Positions 58,234-64,000 of a stretch of 64,000 nt of DNA are shown in pieces. The notes beneath the pieces are model-generated. The model saw only the letters and a program-made list of their open reading frames with translations, did no database searches and was not told the origin of the DNA. The DNA comes from Heteronotia binoei (taxonomy: Eukaryota): positions 21,266,001-21,330,000 of the forward strand of contig NC_083227.1 in the NCBI RefSeq assembly GCF_032191835.1. The letters are read 5' to 3'. Each line of letters begins with the position of its first letter. The first letter of the stretch is position 1. Both the position numbers and the translations under genes were made by a program.

Positions 58234-58272
58234 CGTCTGATGAAGTGTGCTTAGAGCGCACGAAAGCTTACA
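58234..58272 (+). ncRNA. Minimal hammerhead ribozyme motif (Penelope terminal repeat)
   Basis: GT-CTGATGA-A-GTGTGCT-TAG-AGCGCAC-GAAAGCTT-AC: canonical CUGAUGA/GAAA core with 7-bp stem II. Confidence 0.65.
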
Positions 58273-58339
58273 TTCTGGATAAAACTTGGTTGGTCTTAAA
58301 GGTGCCGCTTGACTCCCACCTTGTTCTATAAACCTGCCG

Positions 58340-58740
58340 TGATTGACGGCTAAGGGCAGGCAAACCGGGAACGCCGCACGCACCGAATTCTGCAACGAAT
58401 GCAAATCTAAGCCTTCGCAGGAGGGAATCCGGCAAAAGGATTCCCAAATCCCAATCCCGCCCTATTTTCTCTTTTTAAAAAATGCCGCTTGCAGTTCCTT
58501 TCAAAAGAAAGAGAAGAACCGCGTCGCAAAGAAGTTGCCGAGCCGTTTTCCTTCCCTCGCCTCTCTTCCTGCCAAGCTCTCTGGGCGTCTTTTTTCCGTA
58601 TCGTTGCCTTGCCTCGACTCACTGCAGTTAGAGAGCTTGAAGGGTTAACGCCATAGAGTGCTCGTTTCCTAGGAGGGTTCAAAAACATTGCAAGGGAGGG
58701 AGGGCCGGCTGATTTGGTAAGGTGGAGTGACGTCATTGTG
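58340..58740 (-). promoter_or_regulatory. Promoter and non-coding first exon of the Harbinger-derived gene
   Basis: CpG-rich; perfect CRE palindrome TGACGTCA at 58728-58735; minus-strand donor GCA|GTGAGT at 58623. Confidence 0.55.
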
Positions 58741-59261
58741 TGACCCCCCCAGCCTCTCTGTGGGGGGGGGAGGCAATAGTGAATTTTTAATTTGCTCTGA
58801 CAGCTGCCGAAATTCACAAAGCTGATCAATTTCATTGCATTTATACCAAGTAACTTTTTTTTTTTGCATTATCCTCCCCACCCCCAGCCAGGTTTAAGAC
58901 TCCAACTCTATTACCAGCTAAGCTGGAAAGGCTACTCCAGCTGAATCTGCAATGCTTTCATTAACGGAATAGTGAACGCTTTAATTAATGGAATAGATTC
59001 AGGTGGGTAGCCATGTTGATCGTAAACAACAGAACAAAGTTTCGAGTGTACAGGGGCACGTTTAAGCCCATCAAAGTTTTATTCTGGGTATAAGCTAAGT
59101 ACATACTCTTTCTTCAGATACAGTGTCGGAAGAAGCATGCCTGCAGACAAAAGCTTATACCCAAAATAAAACCGTTGGTCTTAAAGGCGCCACTGCACTC
59201 AAACTTTGCTCTGTTAATTTATAGAACTTTCTGCAGTAGGATAGGATGATGTATCTGACTC

Positions 59262-59505
59262 TGGGGTGACATTGCATCACGTTTTCATAGCAGACTTTTT
59301 TACAGGGTGGTTTGCCATTGCCTTCCCCAGTCATCTACACTTCCCCCCCAGCAAGCTGGGGACTCATTTTACTGACCAGGAAGGATGGAAGGCTGAGCCA
59401 GGAAGCTACCTGAACCCAGCTTCCGCTGGGATCAAACTCAGGTCGTGAGCAGAGAGCTTAGACTGCAGTACTGCAGCTTTACCACTCTGCGCCATGGGGC
59501 TGCTT
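59262..59505 (-). mobile_element. Sauria-type SINE
   Basis: Reverse complement of the 12285 unit. Confidence 0.75.
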
Positions 59506-59901
59506 ATAAAATGATGACGACTACCAGCTTAGGATAATTCGAATCTTACGACACTGCCACAAGGCAGGCCAAATGCTAGGGAATTGGAGATAGGCTGTGA
59601 GAAATGCTTTGTGAAATTCTTTGCAGATAAGGTCTCGTCGCTCCGCCACAACCTTCCCGCCACATTGGATACAATATGTGAACTCCAGGCCTCGTGCCTG
59701 TCTTCTAGACCAGTTTTGGATTGCTTCAACATGCTCAGCATTGAGGAAGTTGACACAATCCTCTCCACTGTACGCCCTACGATTTGTGATCTGGACCTGT
59801 GCCCCTCCTGGCTAATTAAAGCTTGCCAGAGGGAGCTTAGATGTCCTGTACGGGACATCGTAAATAGATCCCTCTTGGAAGGGCTTTTCCAATGCCTCTT
59901 A

Positions 59902-60491
59902 CTTATTTATTTATTTTATTCCACTTATATCCCGCCCTCCCCGCCGAGGCGGGCTCAGGGCGGCTCACACAGACATCCATGTGCATGATTCAACATAATA
60001 ATACAGCATTAAAATCATAAAACATAGAGTAAAATAGACATAAAACACAATGTTTTGGTACTATGATCTCACATTTTCCAATTTTATAGTTCTCTGTATA
60101 GCCGATCTTAAATTATCCTCTCTGCAACTGCTATACAGCAGATTGCTGGTGGTGGTTCACATGTTGCTATAAACTGCAGTGGCCAGCAACCTAGTTCACA
60201 AATGCCTGGTGGAAGAGTGCCATCTTACAAGCCCTGCGGAACTGTATGAGCTCTCGCAGGGCCTTTACCTCTTCCGGCAACTGATTCCACCAGCTTGGGG
60301 GCCACTACAGAGAAGGCTCTGGCTCTAGTTGACATGAGCCTGGCCTCCTTAGGGCCGGGGATTGTAAGTAGATTTTGTGATCCAGACCGAAGTGCTCTCC
60401 GGGGAACATGTGGGGAAAGGCGGTCCCTCAGGTATGCAGGCCCCTGGCCATATAGGGCCTTAAAGGTAAGAACCAACACCTTGAAACGAAC
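59902..60491 (-). mobile_element. L2 3' fragment nested antisense within L2
   Basis: TFKALYGQGPAYLRDRLSPHVPRRALRSG...RARAFSVVAP; flanked by CCTCTTA at 59895-59901 and 60492-60498. Confidence 0.85.
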
Positions 60492-61880
60492 CCTCTTAAA
60501 GAGGCCATGGTCCGCCCTCTCTTGAAAAAAGCTACATCAGATCCGACTGAATTGGCAAATTATCGACCAGTCTCAAACTTACCCTTTTTGGGCAAAATTA
60601 TTGAGAGGGCAGTAGTGTTACAGCTACAGAGTTTTCTGGATGACGCTTCCATTTTAGACCCCCACCAGTCTGGCTTTCGCCCAGGACATGGGACGGAGAC
60701 ACTGCTGGTCGCCCTGGTGGATGACCTCCAGTAGCATCTGGATCGAGGTGGCTCAGCAGTGCTGATGTTGTTAGATCTATTGGCTGCGTTCAACACAGTC
60801 AACCATCAGCTACTGATGCACCGCCTCGCCGGCGTGGGGATCCAGGGGTTGGCCTTGCAATGGCTTTCCTCATTGCTTGATGGTCGGGGACAAAGGGTGA
60901 CGATTGGAGGTGAACTGTCTCGGAGGCACCCACTTAATTGTGGGGTGCCACAGGGGGCGGTGCTCACCCCGATGTTATTTAACATCTATATGTGTCCCCT
61001 TGCCCAGATTGCCCAGATTGCTGATGACACCCAACTCTATCTACTGATGGCTGGGTGGCCTGTGTCCCAGAAAATCTGGACCTGGCATTGCAAGCTGTGG
61101 CAGCATGGCTCAGACTGAGTAGGTTGAAGTTGAATCCAGCGAAGACAGAGGTCCTTTGCCTGAGTCAGGGCGGTCTGGAAATCCCCCTACCAGCATTTGA
61201 TGGTGCGCCATTGAAAATGGCGCGCAGGGTCAAGAGCTTGGGGGTGCTGCTGGAGCCTGCCCTGGCAATGGAGGCCCAGATAGCAGCCACTGCTAAATCT
61301 GCCTTTTTTCATCTTAGGCGGGCGAGGCAGTTGATCCCCTTCCTGGAGCACAGCAACCTGGCAACAATGATCCATGCAACAGTCACCTCGAGGTTGGACT
61401 ACTGTAATGCCCTCTACATGGGGCTGCCCCTGTGCCGAACCCGGAAACTACAGCTAGTGCAGAACTCAGCAGCCAGGTTGTTATTCGGGCTCCCTAGGTG
61501 GAAGAACATACAGCTGGGGCTGCGGGAACTGCACTGGCTGCCAACAGTGTACCGGATTCATTACAAGGTGCTGGTTATTACTTTTAAAGCCCTATATGGC
61601 CAAGGACCTGCCTACCTTAGGGACCGTCTCTCCCCATATGAGCCCCAGAGGGTACTACAATCTGGTTCTCAAAACCTATTGGTAATCCCTGGGTCGAAGG
61701 AGACCAAACTGAAAGTCACCAGAGAAAGGGCCTTCTCGGTTACAGCTCCCCACTGGTGGAACCAGTTACCAGAAGAGGTGTGGGCCTTGTGAAACCTTGC
61801 CCAGTTCTGCAGGGCCTGCAAGACTACCAAAATGAACTTAGATGGTTTTAATGTATATGGTTTTAAATGTATGATTTATA

Positions 61881-62091
61881 ATATGAACATATGTAGCTGC
61901 CTTATACTGAATCAGACCCTCGGTCCATCAAAGTCAGTATTGTCTACTCAGACTGGCAGTGGCTCTCCAGGGTCTCAAGCTGAGGTTTTTCACACCTATT
62001 TGCCTGGACCCTTTTTTGGAGATGCCGGGGATTGAACCTGGGACCTTCTGCTTCCCAAGCAGATGCTCTACCACTGAGCCACCGTCCCTCC
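61881..62091 (-). mobile_element. Young tRNA-derived SINE (family 1)
   Basis: Near-identical reverse complement of 4498-4711. Confidence 0.85.
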
Positions 62092-62834
62092 TCCCACCGT
62101 ATGTATGATTTATGATTTTTAACAACTGAAGTGTCTTATATTATGTTATGCTATGTGAGCCACCCTGAGCCTGCTTCAGCGGAGAGGGCGGGATAGAAAT
62201 TAAATATTATTATTATTATTAGCTTAATAAAAATTTATCAGGAAAGATGCGTCTGGCTTGTTAATGAGTGTGAGTCACAATAATGGAAGAAAGCCTCCAT
62301 GTTTGGGGAAAGTGTACCTCAGCTAGTTGTGAGGCTTAATGAAAGGTAAAATATGGCTTTTGGAACTAAATCTGAGCCCAGCGGCACCTTTAAGATCAAC
62401 GAAATTTTATTCATGGTATAAGCTTTTGCGTGCAAGCACACTTCCTCAGATACTTTTGGGTTTATCCAGTTATTATTCATGAAAAATATAAATAAAATCT
62501 CTAGGTACAGAGGCAGTATACCTCAGTACCTGGAACAGAACCATAAAGATGGCTGCCAATACCTGAAGGAAAAAAAATGACCTATCAGGAAATGAAAAGG
62601 GTAGCTGTAGGAATCACCAGAAACTCTATGGTAAAATCAGAAACACTTACTATAGTGTCTGGCAATTCCTAGATCTTACTCTTTTCACTTCTGTGTAGCT
62701 TGAGAAATCACCAGGAATTCTATGATAAGAACTCCCTGTAAATAGGCAAGGCCTTGTTTTTCTTTTTCTCCCACAAGCAGAAGACAAAGGGACCTGACAG
62801 GCCACTAGGGGGTTGGTAGCCCTATTTTAAAGCT

Positions 62835-63110
62835 GAAGAAGAAGAAGATATTGGATTTATATCCTGCCCTCCACTCCAAAGAGTCTCAGAGCAGCTCACA
62901 GTCTCCTCTACCTTCCTCCCCCACAACAGACACCCTGTGAGGTGGGTGGGGCCAGAGAGGGCTCTCACAGCAGCTGCCCTTTCAAGGACAACTTCTGCCA
63001 GAGCTATGGCTGACCCAAGGCCATTCCAGCAGCTGCAAGTGGAGGAGTTGGGAATCAAATCCAGTTCTCCCAGATAAGAGTCCCCACACTTAACCACTAC
63101 ACCAAACTGG
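62835..63110 (-). mobile_element. Family 2 SINE
   Basis: Reverse complement of the family 2 unit. Confidence 0.8.
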
Positions 63111-63205
63111 CGGGCTTTACATCTCACAACACTTGAGTTCCATATATTTCTGCACATGGGTTGTGTGAAGAAGTATTTTCCTTTGTGTTTCCAACTCTAC
63201 TGCAC

Positions 63206-63794
63206 CGGGGGTGTCAAACATGCAGCTTGAGGGCCGAATCAGGCCCCTGGAGGGCTCCTATCAGGCCCCTGAGCAACTGGCTCTTGTCTGCTTCCTTCTC
63301 CCTCTCTTGCTTCCTTCTGCATCCCAACTTGCTTTGCAAGGCTTGCTCAATCACACAGAAGCTACAGAGCACAACCTCAATTTTCTCCATTGGTTGAGGC
63401 TCCTCCCCCTCCTGTTCTCCTGGGGAGGGAAGGAAATAGCCACAGCTTTCTTTGCCCAGTTCCCTGGATCCCATGGGAGAAATACAAAGAAAGCACCCTG
63501 AAGACCAACAAGTGCTAATGTTTGAAGCATGTTTTATTCTAAGTTTTAAAAAACCAAAAATCCTTAGTCATGTTTGTGTCCTTTAAAAAGTTTACATCTC
63601 TGCTACCTAATCTTAAATATTGAGCCCGAAAGATTCTACAAACCCTAATGATGATGCCAGCCGTGAAAACCTGAAATCTTTGATAATCTTAAATAGGTAC
63701 ATACATGGCCCGGCCTGACACAGCCCGGCCTGGCCCAACAAGGTCTCATTTATGTCAGATCTGGCCCTCATAACAAATGAGTTCAACACCCCTG
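63206..63794 (+). mobile_element. Complete hAT (Charlie-like) non-autonomous element, 589 bp
   Basis: C(G)GGGGTGTCAAAC...GTTCAACACCCCTG; 8-bp TSD TACTGCAC at 63198-63205 and 63795-63802. Confidence 0.9.
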
Positions 63795-64000
63795 TACTGC
63801 ACAGCAGTTTCACCAGGCGAACCCAAGTGTGTGTGTGTTTTTAAAACATTCACTGATATTCATTTTCTAATTTTTTTATTTACAAGGGGGGGAAATAAAC
63901 TTTCCCTGCATGACAAAAAAACCCTGCTTTTCTCAATTCCCTATGGAGGTGTCCTCACATATCAAGATCCAATTGGAAAATAAAGCCCAATGAAGCCCTT

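Larger units (their letters stand above)
59540..62215 (+). mobile_element. Degenerate L2 LINE (ORF2 RT), interrupted by an antisense L2 3' fragment and a family 1 SINE
   Basis: ...DLDLCPSWLIK...VNRSLLEG | VRPLLKK...NYRPVSNLPFLGKIIE...QSGFRPGHGTET...GVPQGAVL...ADDTQLY...RLDYCNALYMGLP; contains stops and frameshifts. Confidence 0.9.

Noticed and set aside
57278-58261. 327-aa single-exon ORF as the real protein
   Set aside because: Its first 80 aa run through an intron and Penelope tail, and its end reads through the donor at 57455; the spliced model restores the family consensus

Overview
Repeat-rich vertebrate genomic DNA, most likely a squamate (probably gecko; inferred from Sauria-type, 5S- and tRNA-derived SINEs, Bov-B, CR1, L2, Penelope and many hAT MITEs). 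By hand I could splice four phase-consistent, stop-free genes. Three are SCAN + KRAB-A-derived exon + C2H2 zinc-finger genes: A (minus, 18363-8736, ~566 aa), B (minus, 31701-24003, ~570 aa) and C (plus, 38054-45902, ~900 aa). B and C lie head-to-head around a CpG-rich promoter at ~35.5-35.9 kb. The fourth is the most interesting: an intact, spliced 422-aa PIF/Harbinger (DDE_Tnp_4-type) transposase-derived gene (minus, 58021-53048). It has a CpG-island coding exon, a 3.7-kb intron full of later TE insertions, a CRE-containing promoter, no TIRs that I could see, and a retained D207/D295/E331 (DD35E) triad. It looks domesticated and is not HARBI1-like in sequence. At the window start, three phase-compatible exons (including a 15-nt microexon) resemble the C-terminus of a Harbinger Myb/SANT partner protein, broken by a 26-nt frameshifting duplication (low confidence). 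The rest is nested TEs, a 67-bp x8 CR1-tail array and Penelope minimal hammerhead ribozyme motifs. Family names come from motif recognition only; no database search was run.
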